From: the human T2T-CHM13v2.0 reference genome, Homo sapiens
DNA length: 64,000 bases
Strand: one strand, 5' to 3'
Assembly (NCBI RefSeq): GCF_009914755.1
Contig: NC_060946.1
Shown in pieces: positions 13,790 through 28,584 of the stretch. Within the stretch, counting starts at the first letter, position 1, and every line of letters starts with the position of its first letter. The translations under genes were made by a program, and so were the position numbers. A model generated the notes under the pieces. The model was not told the DNA's origin. It made no database searches and worked only from the letters and a program-made list of their open reading frames with translations.

Positions 13790-16394
13790 CTGCAGGGACA
13801 GATGGACAGACAGTGAAGTGGCCTGGGAAAGTGGGGAAGCGGGTAGAGGGAGAGAAGTGGATTCACATGGAAAAACAGGCAGGGAGGGACAGTGACTCAC
13901 ACATCCAGACGGCGATGGAGAGAGACAGAGAAGCAGCAAGAGAGACAGAAAGACGGAGAGAGAGTTGGAGTCCAACACGCAGAGACAGAGAGGCAGGGAG
14001 AGAGGCAGGGACACACATGACAGTGAGAGAGAGACCCAGAGAAAGAACACGAGAGAGCCAGGAAGGAGGGGAGAGAGGCAGGGAGAGAAGGAACCAGAGT
14101 TGGGAGAGGTCTCCCCCGACCCCAGGACTTGCTGGCTCTGCAGTAATGGGGAGCTTGCCCTGTCCCCATCTGGAGTCATCCTGGACACCCAGCCACCCCT
14201 GTGTCCCTTTTCCCTTGGGAAAGCTGCTCCAAGGGCTCCAGAAGTCCCTCCAGGCTGCCCTTCCAGTCCCAGCCCTGGCCGGACAAGAGGCTGTGGAGGA
14301 CAAAGGGTGCATTTTTCCCAGGGCCCGGGGCGGGTGGGCTGGGGAGACTGGCAGGCTGCTTCTGCCTCGCCCAGGGAGCCTGGCCCTCTAGACCCACTGC
14401 TTTTGTTCCCTTTCCAGCCACTTGATGTCTGCAAGGCCAGTTTGCTTTGCTGGGGACAGATCTCAGCACTGGACTTTGACCCTGCAACAAGGGGGTGGTT
14501 GTATGTGAAGAAACTGTTCCAGCTTTGCACTTAGCTTCCCCTGTGGGCTGGATTTGGGAGTCACAGGGGACTCTGTGTCAATGTTCTTGCTTCTCACTCT
14601 CCAGGGTCACACGGGGCACGCCTACTCTCACATCGCTTTGCGTCTCTGAGCCACAAGTGCTGGGATGAGGAGGGACTGTGACTGGAATGCTCTTAGAATG
14701 GAGTCTCATCTCATCCACCAAAGCCTACTGAGGCCCAGAGAGGGAGGGTGGCTGGTCCAGATCACACAGTAAGGTGTAAGAACACCAGGATTCCCTCGAT
14801 CTCCTTGACTCCCAGTCCAGTTTTCTCATTCAGCTGTAGCACGGAGCATGTGAGATCATCAAATAAAAAGAAGGATGGAGACTCACACCCATGGAGCTCC
14901 TGGTATGTTCCAGGCATTCTGGGCCCGGGGGCTGACTCCTCATTCCCTCGAATCCCAGCACAACTCTATGAGGAAGGTTTTAACCCATCTTACTGATGGA
15001 GGAACAGGCTCAGAGCGATGATTAAGTGACTGTACCGCTTCCAAATCCAGATCCTGTCTGATTCCAGCTTCCAAGCAAGCCACCCTTCCTCTCATTCTGA
15101 AGGTGCCCCAGCCCATCCATTCTCACTCAGCATGGGAGACCAGGGACCTACATTCTTGCTATTAATTCCTTAATAATTTTGGAAAAGCCTCTCCCTCTTA
15201 TCATAAAATGGGAAAGCCTAGATCTGATTCTGGTTGTACATCAGAATCACCAGGAGAGTTAAACGCACAAACAGCCAGACTTGGGGCTCCACCCTATGTT
15301 AGAGTAATTTCTATAATTTTTTAAAGCTTTTCATGTGATTCTGATACGTGGCCACGTTTGGGGACAACCTTGGGTCCTTGGAGCTCGAAGAATCCTCTGG
15401 GCTCTCTGATCAGGGTCCTCGTTTTTGGCCCCAGTGGCTGACTTGTGGGTGCCACACACAGGGTGAGCTCTGCCCTGAGACACACTCATAAATCAGGTTT
15501 CTTCTCAATGGAACGTGGAAATTTGAGCTGAGGTCCAGAGGCAGCTGTTTCCAGAGGCTGTTTTGAAAGGATGAACCTTGGGGTCCCCTGCTGGCTACGC
15601 CCCATAGGGCACAGGCATCCCAGGGTCTAGGAAGGGGCTGCAGGCGTACAGCAGCGTGAGAGTGCTTGGAGAATCGGGGGGGGGGCCCTGCTCCCCTCCT
15701 GCCAGGTGGGACTAGCACTGACCAAGCGACATCATTGGTTTTGCCCAGGAGTCAGGCCACCTGGCAAGCAGGCGAGCCAGTGGAGGGCGGGGTCAGGCCC
15801 TGTGTATGAGTCCCTGTATGGATTTTGCTCCTGTGGGGATAGGACTGGGGATCTCTCCAGCCCAGACCCTGGAGTTCTGCCTGTGATTGGAAAAGGGAAA
15901 GTGGATTCCAGGCCTGGGCAGGCCCACTCCCACGTTAGGTTCCTCCAGGGATGGCCCATGCAGCCTGGGACTTGGCAGAGCCAGGGATAGGTGGCCTGCT
16001 GGGGACATCTGTGAGTGGCTCAGGAGGCACTGGGGAAGGCTGGGCTCACATTCCGGAAGGGCCATAGAGAAGATGGCCACGACTGTCCCGTGAACACCTG
16101 TTGGGGGAAGGAGGTGACTGCCTCAGCCACATGATTCAGTCGTGCCAGGTCATGAGCGCAGCCTCCAAGAGACTCATTAGCACAGGTGGGTTCCCAGGTT
16201 GAAGGTGGCAGCTGCCCCCTGGGGTTGATGGGAAGGACAGGTGTTCCTCCCTGCCAGGGGCTGGTTCTGGATTAGGTGCAGCCCTCTCTCATTCAGTCCT
16301 CACACCTGCACTCTGACTTGGGTATTACTACTGCTTTCGTTTTGCAGTTGAAGAAGCTCAGAAAGCATGAGCATGCCTAAGGTCACACTCAGTC

Positions 16395-16835
16395 TTTGTT
16401 GCTGTAGGGGATGCTCCCACTCCAGTCTCCAGGGGTGCAGACCTGACATAGGCCTCCAATCACAGCGTTGCAGTGTCTTGGGCCATAGTGATTGGTTCAG
16501 GGATGGTCATGTGACCTAAGCCAGGCCAACCAGTACATATGGCTCAGTTCTAGGCTTTGGTTGAAATGACTGGGAAACAGAAGTTTTCCTTCTTTTGAAC
16601 CTGACACTGTGAGGATGAAAGCCTGGAGCCACTGTGTGCCACCATGAAATGAAAGAGCCTGCCTGGATGAAGCCAACACACAAAGAAGCTGAACTTGGGT
16701 GGGCAGAGGAGGAGCCTTAAGGCCTTACCTGACACTGTATATCTGGAGTCGTCAGTGACATGAGCCAGTAAATCCCCCTTTCTGCGCAAACCAATTTGGT
16801 TTGTGTGGTAGCCCTTGCAACCGATACAGAGTTCT
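16395..16835. mobile_element. Old MaLR LTR (MLT1K/L-like)
   Basis: gattggttcagggatggtcatgtgacc...cttgcaacc pattern typical of old MLT1 elements. Confidence 0.6.
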
Positions 16836-17036
16836 TAGAGGGAAGGATTGGATTTTTTCATCCTTTAGCGCTCAGCACAACATGGCCTGCAGTAGGTACT
16901 CAATAGGTGTTTACTGAACAGAGCTTTTTGAGTTCACAGCCCATGCTCTGTCCATTGCTATTGTGTGGCTGCTAGCAGAGGTCACAGGGCATGCAGGCAA
17001 GAAGGTATGTATGTGGCAGGCCCTGAGACCAGCTGA

Positions 17037-17352
<316 letters not shown>

Positions 17353-17929
17353 GGCACTTCCTTAAGTGGGGCTGGCACACAGTGTCTAAAGGGAGAAAGA
17401 CCGAAAAACCCTTCAGCCAGAGAGCATCCCTAAAACATGCATGATTCATGGGACGTCAACCTTTCCCTATTCATATTGAGATGGAAGGACGCTTGAGAGA
17501 GAAGTGGACTCTCCAATATGCCTGGTCTCCTAATAATGCTTCCTTGCAGCTGTCAGAGCACAGGAGGGACTGGCCAGGGCTTCCTGACCTCTTCCTATAG
17601 CAGCTGGTCAGGGCTGGAAAGACCTCGGACTTGGAGTCATGACATCAGGGTTCTACTCTCAGCTCTGTCATCAACTAGCTCTGTGATCCTAGACAAATCA
17701 CTTCCCCTCTCTGAGTTTTCTTCTCCCATCTGTAAAATGGGGTTATTTTAATACCTGCCCTGTAGGTTGCTGTGGGCAGTGAAGATGATCATGTCTAAAA
17801 AAGTGCTCTGTGGATGGTGAGGCACTGGACGGAGGGCGGAGTGGCCTTCTCTTCAGGGCCTTTTGTTGCATTCCCCCTTCAGCTCCTACTATGGCCAGTG
17901 CCTCTCCCTACACCTCCTTTGTCTCTTAC

Positions 17930-18004
17930 CTCTCTGTCATGGCCACCTGCTCCAGCATGGCAGAGCCTGTGTTGGCCTTCCAGTTCCCAGAGATGGAGGT
18001 TCTC
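17930..18004 (-). CDS. SYN3: Synapsin III coding exon (75 nt): (M)[24 protein letters not shown](R)
   Basis: Conserved synapsin [18 protein letters not shown] motif; cag|G acceptor and AG|gtaaga donor; phase fits both neighbouring exons. Confidence 0.97.
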
Positions 18005-19129
18005 CTGTACCAGAACAAACAACACATTGAGGGAATTAGGGACCCTCGTCACTGATCTGCTTTCCTTCTTTGCTTTGGCTGTTAGGAGGCTCTGATTCAA
18101 ATAACTGGCTCACGTAATGGCATGTATTCTTACGTACACACCTTGTCTTCAACTATATTTTCCTATGTTTATTTCCCTTCAGGCTGTTTGCCTTTTTTAT
18201 TTGTTGGATCCTAGGTATTGTTTTCTAAGTCATCTTTGAAATTGAAAGATTAAATTAAAAAATGCCTACATCATCTGATGAAATCCCCCAAACTTTGGCC
18301 TTTTTGAGGAGAATGAGGGCAGTGTGTATAGCCCCTGGTGATTCTGGAATCTTTTGAGGGCCCCAAAATGTTAGAAAAGTGATCCTTAGAGAGAAGTGAC
18401 TACTTTTCTCTGGTGAAGATTAGGAAGGCCTTCTGGTCTCTGACTGTCTTGCCATCCTTCTCTGTTTCCTTGCCTTTTCTGCTCCAGTAACAACCGACCT
18501 CCCTTCCGGTGCTCCACTGCCCATGGCTCTTTCCCAATGTCATGGCCTCTGCAGGTCTTCTTCCCTTTACTCCGTACAGTCTTTGTCTCCATCTTTGCCT
18601 CCCTAAGTCCTGCTCATCCTCAGGTTTCATCTGACATACGACTTCCTGACAGCCCACCTTTACACAGCAAAAATAGACTGCCCGGTACTACGCCCTACAC
18701 TAATGCTCAGTAATGCTCATCTCCCTTCTGATGACTGCATTAGTGTCCTCTCTTCTCTGATGGAGGAGAATCCTGACGGTAGGGGACATGTTTAACTTCA
18801 TCCCCTGTATACCCAGTATCCAGTGGGATCCGGCAGGTAGTAGGTGCCCAGTAGGCACCTACTGGGTGAGGAACTGTGTACACTGGGGGAGAATCCAGAC
18901 AAGCTATCTATCACTAATGATGCATCTGGCCTCGGCAAAGACTGAACGAGTTTAAGCATAGTGGTGGAGGTAAAGTTATTTGTCTTACGGTCAAGGGAAG
19001 CTATGTCATTGAGATCAAAGGGTGAACTGGTGAGAGGAATTGACACAAAAATGTATCATTGTAAGAGAAAATTGAAGTAAAAATGCTGAGAATAGATGAC
19101 CACCAGGAGCCATAAGGCACTGCATCGTA

Positions 19130-19445
19130 GTTGGCAAGGTTGTTTCCCATGGAGCTACAGGTGAACCATTCTGAGACTGGGCACATACACTGAGATGGAA
19201 CCAAAAAAGTGGATAGATGGTGGATGGGGGAGCTGGGTTTTTCTCTGTTGGAGTGGGAAGTTATAGATTAGCAATCAGGAAAGGCTAAAATGAACGAAGT
19301 GGTACCGGATGAAAGTCAGGGACATCCACAGGACTCTGTTTAGCTTCATAGGGATGTGGATGGGAACATATAGAAAAAATTATGGATATATGTGTATACA
19401 CGGGTAAGGATACACACATGTACTTCCTTACTGTGTCTGCTAGGA
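19130..19445 (+). mobile_element. Old L1M (MC/MD-type) 3'UTR fragment
   Basis: Resembles recalled L1MC/MD 3'UTR (ctgttggagtgggaagttatagattagcaa...). Confidence 0.5.
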
Positions 19446-20011
19446 CTTAGAAAGAGTGACAGCCCAGTAGTGACAAGCACAAAGGCCCGAGTGCAGGGCA
19501 AGGAGTGGGCCAGAGAGGGGGTTGAATGGCCGGGGAAATTCTACACTGAAGTCTGACATGAACCCCCTCCTTTGGAGATGGGCCAGCCCAAGGTCCAGGA
19601 AACTCGGTAAGTAATGACAAAGTGGAGCTGTCAGGCCAGGGAGGCTCAGCAGAAAAATGCTGCAATGAGGTAATCCTCAAGAAAAAAAAAAAAAACTGGG
19701 ACAAGGTGTCGTCAATGTCAAGTGGAAGCTCAAACAATGAAGAGAGGAGGGAAATGATATCATGGCTGAAGGCAGGGGCCTCAGGAACGCACTGGAATGG
19801 GCCATAACTCAGAGGGGGCAGGGAGGAGGTGATTTTATCACCCCGAGGCCATCTGAGAGCAGTGGCAGGTCTGGCTTGCCTCACAGGAGGAAGAGGTTGA
19901 TTAGTGGAATAGGGCAGTTACTCCTCAAGAATGAGCTCCATCCCTTTCCTGGGAACACTTCCTTCTAGGGCAACTGCCTGCACCTCCTCCAGTTTCACAA
20001 GCAATGACAGG

Positions 20012-20232
20012 GCTCAGTAGTTGCAACAGAGACGATATAGCCCGTCAAGCCTAAAATTACCACCTGGCCCTCTACAGAAAAAGTTTGCTGACCCTTGGTC
20101 TAGGCAATCCAGGTAGTGCTAAAGCAACCACAGGCAATCCATAAATGGGCGTGCATGGCTGTGATCAACAGAACTGTATTTAGAGACAGGTGGCAGCTGG
20201 ATTCAGCCTGTGGTTGTGGTTTGCCAACCCTA
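20012..20232. mobile_element. MER58-like hAT-Charlie fragments
   Basis: tggccctctacagaaaaagtttgctgaccc and gtttgccaaccct termini. Confidence 0.6.
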
Positions 20233-21463
20233 GCTTAAAGCACAAGCTACCCACACAGAAGCCTGCGGATGGAGGGACTTTCCAGCTGTCCAGGGCTAAC
20301 CCTTGCAGTCCTCAGATATGGAGCCCTGCACACAGTCAGTGCCCCATAAATGCTTGGCAACCAGGCAACGATTGGCCCTCTGGGGTCTCATCATTTCAAG
20401 TGGAACTAACAATAACATTCCAGAGTGAAAGATAGAGGGGGCTTGGAGCAAAGACCTCTCCCAAGAACGAGACAGTCTGCCTATTCCAGAAGTCCCCATT
20501 CATCCTTATAACCACAGCCCCATGTAATCCGTGCTTTGTTGAACCACCTCTAGGGTGAAGGCGGGCTGCTTTTCTCTGCCTGGCATTCTTTCCTTTTCCT
20601 CTAGATTCAGCACCTCTATTTCCACTGGGCAATGGCTCTGCCCACACTGCATGCCTTCTTATAAAGTTTTCTGCTTTTCTCTAATCAATAAAATGCGATC
20701 AAAGTTGGACTAATCAGTATTTTTTCCACGGAATCACAATCTTGAGTTAAGCCTTGAAAATGACTAGGGCAGATTCATTTACCAGTAGGGATGCCATGAA
20801 AATTGTTTATTATTATTTCTGGCTGCCCACCTTCCTGGGGCTACTCTGTATCTGAATGTTTCTGAAATTGATAATTGAGTTGGGAGATATTTTTGTTTGC
20901 TTTTTTAAAGTTTCTGATAACCCATGGTTTTCTAGTAAATTCCATTTAAAAACCCATTAAGTTAATGAGATGTGGTTTCTGTTGCTTGCAGGCAGAGAAA
21001 TCTGGTGTAACCTCCTAACTGGTCTTATTGGCTTCAGAGAAACCGTTCTGCACCTCCCAGCCTCATGGTCACCTTTTTATAAACACAGATCAGACCCTTT
21101 GCTCAGAAGAGAAGAGAAAAATACTCCAAAACCCTCAGCAAGGTATTCAAAGCCCTCCTTGATTTGTCCCCAAATTTCTCTCTCAAAGACATATATCCTG
21201 TGTGTATGTGCAGTTCCCTAGACATGCCAAGCACCTTTCTTGCTCTGGAGGAAACAGCCCTTGCTTGGGTAGACAGATCTCTGCCCAGGGATAAGCAGTG
21301 ACTGGACATCAGCCCCTCAGCCACACTGGACAGAGAAGAAGGGCAGTAAGGAGACAGGAAGGAGGATAATGATGCACCCTTGGGTGCAGGAGACAGCGGC
21401 TGGACATGCACCTCTGGGCTGCCTTCCTCCCACACTCCCCCAGCCCCTGCCCCAGAGACTCAC

Positions 21464-21606
21464 ATGTAAGCCTTGTAGTTGGATCCAATTTTCTGGATGC
21501 GGATGTCGTACTTGGAGTCGATGAAGGCCTCGGTGGTGGCGTAGGTTTTGGCCATGGCGACCACGCTGGTGATGTCCTGGAAGTCAAGCTGGTTTTCCAC
21601 TTTGAT
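21464..21606 (-). CDS. SYN3: Synapsin III internal coding exon (143 nt), domain C: [47 protein letters not shown](M)
   Basis: Translation matches the synapsin C domain. Acceptor cag|ATC at 21607/21606 and donor AT|gtgagt at 21464/21463; the split Met codon is completed by the first G of the next exon. Confidence 0.97.
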
Positions 21607-22189
21607 CTGTGTGGGAGGATGAGGGGGATGAGTGCCACCCACCCCGCGTTCACTGAGCCCACCCTATGCCAGGAACAAGTGCTCTGTCTATAGACACGAA
21701 TTCCCTTCAGAAGGTCACCTGCTGGCAGGGGAGACAGACACGGGAAGCAAATCATTCCACCACACACCGCACGAGCTGCAGAGAGGAAGGGAGTGATTCT
21801 GCTTGGGTGGTCAAGAAAGCTTTACAGAGGAGGTGAGCTCTGAACTGGGTTTGGAAGGATGAACACGTTTCAGATGGATGAGGTAGGTAGTGGGGCCATC
21901 CTCCAGAGATGCACGAGGAACCCACAGTGGGGGAAAGGGCAGGTGGCACAGACTCGCTGATGGGGGATGCGGCACGGGCCATGGGGGAACAGACCGTGGA
22001 GGGCCACAGTCTCTGGGAAGGAGCTAGGATTTTTAGCCTGAATTTTCTGGAAAGCCACTGGAAGAGGGAGTGGAGTTTAAATAAGGAAATGGTGTAGTTT
22101 GCGTTTTAGCAAAATCACTGAAGCAGCTGTGTAGAGGATGGAATGGATGGGTGTGATATGAGACACAGAGGGGCCATTAGGAAGAAGGG

Positions 22190-22568
22190 AGCGTGCATGT
22201 GTGCATGGTGTGTATGTGTAGGGAGCATGCATGCTGGTGAGTGTTGTGGAGTTTGTGGGAGATGTCTGTGTGTGGTGTGTTTGCATATTTGCTGTATGCT
22301 ATGTGTGGTATGTTCTTTGTGTGTTCATATGTGTGTGTGTATAGTGTGTGATATATGTGTGTGTGGTGAGTTTGCTGTGTGTGCTGTGAGTTGTACATGT
22401 GGTGTGTAGTATGCGGTGCTTCTGTGTGTGTGTGTAGTGTGTGATATGTGTGTGGTGTGTTTGCTGTGTGTGGTGTGTGTTGTACATGTGGTATATAGTA
22501 TGCAGTGCTTCTGTTTGTGTGTATGTGTGTGTGTGTGTGTGTGTGTGCGCGCGCACACAGGCACACAC
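22190..22568. repeat. (TG)-rich low-complexity tract ending in (TG)n(CG)n(CA)n
   Basis: Directly visible; contains an internal ~90-bp higher-order duplication. Confidence 0.9.
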
Positions 22569-23539
22569 TGGAGAGGCCAGCTTTGCTAGGCCAGAGGCTG
22601 GGAGAGAAACTCACACTGTTGACTAGACTGAGCCAGGAACACAGAGAGGTGTCCTGGGCTTGGGGAGAGGTCCCAGGAGAGCTTCCAAGGCCAAGCGCAG
22701 AGGACGAGGCCAAGGCTCTATGATAGTGATCTTAAGACAGAACAGAGGCTGACTCCCAGCGGCTGTGGACAGCTGGGCCAGCTGCTCCCTCCCACTGGCC
22801 ACGGGAGCCCTGCTTGTCCAGAAGCGGCTCCCCACTTCCCTGTCACCCTCACCCCGACAGCAGAGGAGTTCTGATGCTGGGTCAGAGACGGGCAGAGCCC
22901 TGTGGAGTGGCCGGGCACTAGGCGGTCCACGTGGGGTTGGTCTCGGCCACACCCCATCTCACGTCCTTCCGATCTTCCTCTCAGCCCTTTTCTGCCTGCC
23001 CTTTGTGGCTCAGCTTTGCCTTGGCAACTCTGTCCCTCCCACAAGAATGCCCACTCACATTTCCACCAGCGTTGATGCTTATGCAGAGTCTTTACAGCTC
23101 TCCGTGGGGCCCAAACAGGATTGTGAGCAGGCAGGCAGGCTGGGCACTGTCGTGGTCACTTAACAGATAAGGAAACTGAGATTTCTTGACTTGCTCAAGG
23201 TTATAAAGCAGCTGAGCCCAGAGCTAGGCTTGAAACTCTGGACTCCGAAGGCACAGCTTTTCCTTGAACCATCTCAGGGGTCTGTAAGTAGGTGCCTGCC
23301 TGTTCTACCACAACGGACCTAAACAGCAACAGGAGAGAGGCTGGAAAAGCCATCTCTCTTCTTGGCTCTCTGAGTGATGACTTCAGGTCTCAATTTGCAG
23401 AGAAAATAAAGGTGACCAGGCAAGAGTTCCCTATTTTCCAGCCCTTTTCAAACTCAGCTACCCCACTTCTTCCTCCCAGCTGCAGTGGCGGTGGTGTGCC
23501 TCCTTCCTTTGTTCTGGGCCTTCTAAGCCCTTGGTTTTA

Positions 23540-24170
23540 GCTGGGTACCTGGCCTCCTCAGCCAGAGATTACTTTGCTCCAGTCTGTCGTGCGGGTAGAT
23601 GTGCCTGAGTCTCCAAGCTCTGGCCGGTGAAACCTGGGTAGCCGTGATATTAGCAACCTCTGGGTGGTGCCCTGAAGATGAAAATAATCTTCCCCGTCCT
23701 TTTTCCTTCTTTGCTCTGGCGGGGAATGTGAACATGATGGTATGAGCAGCAGCCTCCATCTTGGGCCATGAGATGGAAGCTGCATGTTGAGGATGGCTGA
23801 GTAGAAAGATGGAAGGACCTGGGTCACTAGCACTGTGAAGCTCCCTTTCTGAGACAGGGTCTCAATATGTTACTCAAGCTGAGTGCTGTGGCATGATCAT
23901 GGCTCACTGCAGCCTTGACTTCCTGAGCTCAAGCAATTCTCCTGCCTCAGCCGGCCGAGTAGCCGGGACTACAGGCGTGCACCACCATGCCCGGCTAGTT
24001 TTTGATTATTTGTAGAGACAGGGCCTCACTATGTTGACCAGGCTGGTCTCAAACTCCTTGGTTCAAGCGATCTTTCCGCCTCGGCCTTCCAAAGTGCTGG
24101 GATTACACACTCGAGCCACTGCGCCTGGCCCCTATTATGTGGGTCTTTGTTAAAGCAGCCAAATGACATT
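23540..24170. mobile_element. MLT1-type LTR interrupted by an antisense AluJ (about 23849-24130)
   Basis: agcagcctccatcttgggccatgag...gaggatggctgagtagaaagatggaagg MLT1I/J-like core; Alu dimer inside it. Confidence 0.6.
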
Positions 24171-24759
24171 TCTGCTCATTATTTTTACTCTCTTGCTTTT
24201 CATTGATTCTTTATTCTTTGGATTAACGTGATCAAGGATCCACCATTCTCCTCAACATGTTCCTGCTTTTCAGAACCTCAGTTACGCACCACTGTCTATC
24301 TCTACATCTTCATTCCCCACTTGCCCCTCAACCCACTTTCTTTAGGTTTTACTCCCTACCATTCTCCTGAGACTGATTTGGCCAAGGTCCCTTTTAGTCC
24401 ACTCTTTGGCAAATCCCATAGAATGCCTCTGGTCCTTGCCCTGCGTTGACCCTCTGTAGCACCTGAAATTAGTGAACTTTGGGAAATATGATTTCTGTAC
24501 CACTGTTTTCCCAGTTCTCACCCTTCTTTCTGGCAACTTCTTCACAGTCTATGTTGCCACCTCTTCCTCCAATGCCCCTTTGATTATCCTGGGGTTTCAT
24601 CTCAGCCAGTATTCAGGGTCAGGTGGAGAGAATCGGAATTGCCAAAATGAAAGAATCGGGTGAGCGTTTGCAGGGACGGCTTGTTTAACTCACATTTCTG
24701 TCCTTGGTGGCCTTGGAAAGAACCAGAATTTCTTTGGCACCTTGGTTTCCTAGACAGCC

Positions 24760-25240
24760 CTGAGCACAGAGTGGGCTACCTCGGAAGTGTCTAGCTGTCC
24801 ACAGCATCATTTTCCTGCTTTACAGTCATGATGCACCCTGATATGGGGGGCATGTGTCCATCCAGGGTACACTTTACACTCTCTCCTCTCCCTGGCATCT
24901 TCATACCGCTGTGTGGCCACATTTTGGCCAACAAGATGTGAGCGGAAGAGGTGTATGAACTTCCAGGCTGTGCCGTTAAAGGGCAGGGGAGGGCTTTGTA
25001 CTCCTCGCTTCTCTCCCCTTGCTGGCTGGAGTGTGGACCATCTTTGACAGTGTAGCTGAGGGCAACACACCAGGCATGGATGATCAGTAAGATGGAAGAA
25101 GTCCATGGTCATGAAACCATGGTAGTTCCAGGCCAGCCCTGGGCTGCTTTTGTGCAGAGCAGAGAAAGAAAGTCCTAGTTTGTTTATGCCTTTGTAAGTC
25201 TTTGTTATGGCAGCTGAAATTTATCCCAATTATTATACAA
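24760..25240. mobile_element. MLT1I/J-like LTR
   Basis: gtggccacattttggccaa...taagatggaagaagtcc...gcagctgaa...taca pattern. Confidence 0.55.
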
Positions 25241-25385
25241 GCCCTAAGTAAATTTTTGTGGAATACATCATGCATTCTTTCACAGAGTAGACAAAGAGAG
25301 CAAAGGGAGAAAGCACAGACATAGTGGTTTAATGCAGGAGTGGGCAGGCGCCCTCTGGGAACCCTTCTCTTCTGTCTTCGTTTGA

Positions 25386-26030
<645 letters not shown>

Positions 26031-26871
26031 ACCTGGGCAATAAAAAACGGATTCTACCCCTGGAACCACCATTTCTGTCTCCCCATTAGACTGTGAGCTT
26101 CTTGAGGACAGACGAGTGTTGTCCCCAGCTGTTGCACTGGTGCCAAGCAGATTGTACATGCTCTACACAAGTTTGCTGGATTGAATTTAAGAAGGTTGGA
26201 TCAAGACCTGCTTATAATTTGGGAGGGGGGCAAGAAACTAGAAGGAAAAACAAGAGAGCTCCAAAAAAAGGCAAAGAAACTGTTTCAAGGAAACTTGTCT
26301 TTTATAAGGTGGATATTTCCATGCATTCTTGGGTAGGTGCTACGCTCTCTGAGGGTTACTGCCTGCCTCACAAGTTCTTGAGAACCGGAAGAATTCCAGG
26401 ATTCTGGCGAAGAGGGGAGGTGGTCTGGAGCCTCGGTGGGTGGGTGCTGGAGGGGACTCTGGGATGGTCCTCAGGCCAGAGAGGGTAGTTGGGGTGAGAG
26501 GGCACTGGGGACACAGCCCTGAGGATGGTGAAATGGCTGCTAGCCTGGGCAGGGAGTCTTGGCACTCCGCTTTATTTACTGGCTGGAAATCCCTCCAAGG
26601 GTTCACAAAGACAAGCTGAAAACAGGAAGCCCTCAATGAGCTGTGATTCAAGATTACCCATTTGCTGCCCCAGGGGCTATGATGGGGCCACTGTGAACTC
26701 TCCAAAACAGACCCACCCACACCCTTGCCTCCCTCGCCCCTCTTCTCCCTTCTCTTATCTCCTCTCTCCTTCTCTCTCTCCTTTCTCTTGCGTCCTTGCC
26801 TTCTCACTCTCTCCTCCCTCCCTTTTCTCCCCTTTCCTCTCTCTAACACTCCTTGCCTTCTCTCTTACTCT

Positions 26872-27236
<365 letters not shown>

Positions 27237-28137
27237 TGATTTTTCCTTGTTGCTTACTTCTTCTCTTATCTTTCTCCAGCCTCTCCCTTCCACCTCCTTC
27301 TCTGTCTCCTTCAGTTTTCCTGACCTCTTTTCAATGTTGCCATTCTTCTTCTCCTTCTCATTTCTTCTTCATTCCTTCCTCTCTGTCTTTCCTGCCTCCT
27401 TCCCCTCATGGTCTCCCCATTCAGGTTCTCACACTCTTCTCCTCTCTTGCTTTCTGAATTGCTTTACCCTCTTGTGTGCTTGTGTGCACACATGTGTGTA
27501 TGTGAGTGTGCATGCATGCATGTGTGCTCTGTCCTGAGGCTGAGCAAGGAGGGAGAGTGGAAACAGAGGCAGAGAAAGTGGAGAGAGGAGTCAGGATGCA
27601 ATTCCAAATCTTCTGAATGGGTTTTGGCTCAGAGGTCTCCTGTTCCAAATTACAAAATCCAACCCGGGATGGGAAAGTCATCTACATACTTAGTAGACTG
27701 TCTGCTATTTGCTTGAATATCTCCAATAGCAGGGAGCTTACTATCAGGCAGGGCAGCTCAATCCCTTTTAGGAAACCTCTAACCTGTTCTGGTGTATATC
27801 ACACCAGGAATGAATGAATGGCCCTCGTTATTCTATGGAGTAAGTCTTAGCCCTCTGCCTTGTGTCTGCACTTCATCCACTTGAAGAGAGCCACCCAGGT
27901 GTGCACAAGTCATTCTTTCCTTAACCCATTCCTAATATGAGCTGCTTCCAGGCCCTTCACCATCATGAAACGCCCACATTTGACAACCTCTTAAACTACA
28001 TAATACCCAGAATTACACAACAGACCCCAGGTGTGGTTTCACCAGCAGAGATCAGATAAGACTGTCCCCTCCCTCTATCCAGAATCCACCTGGCATATTC
28101 CTGCCTCAGGGCCTTTGCACTTGCTGTTCCGAGCCTG

Positions 28138-28584
<447 letters not shown>

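Noticed and set aside
13567-14534. Overlapping 274-, 284- and 189-aa ORFs
   Set aside because: Explained by GA/CT low complexity and by overlap with the 103-nt SYN3 exon in other frames or strands.
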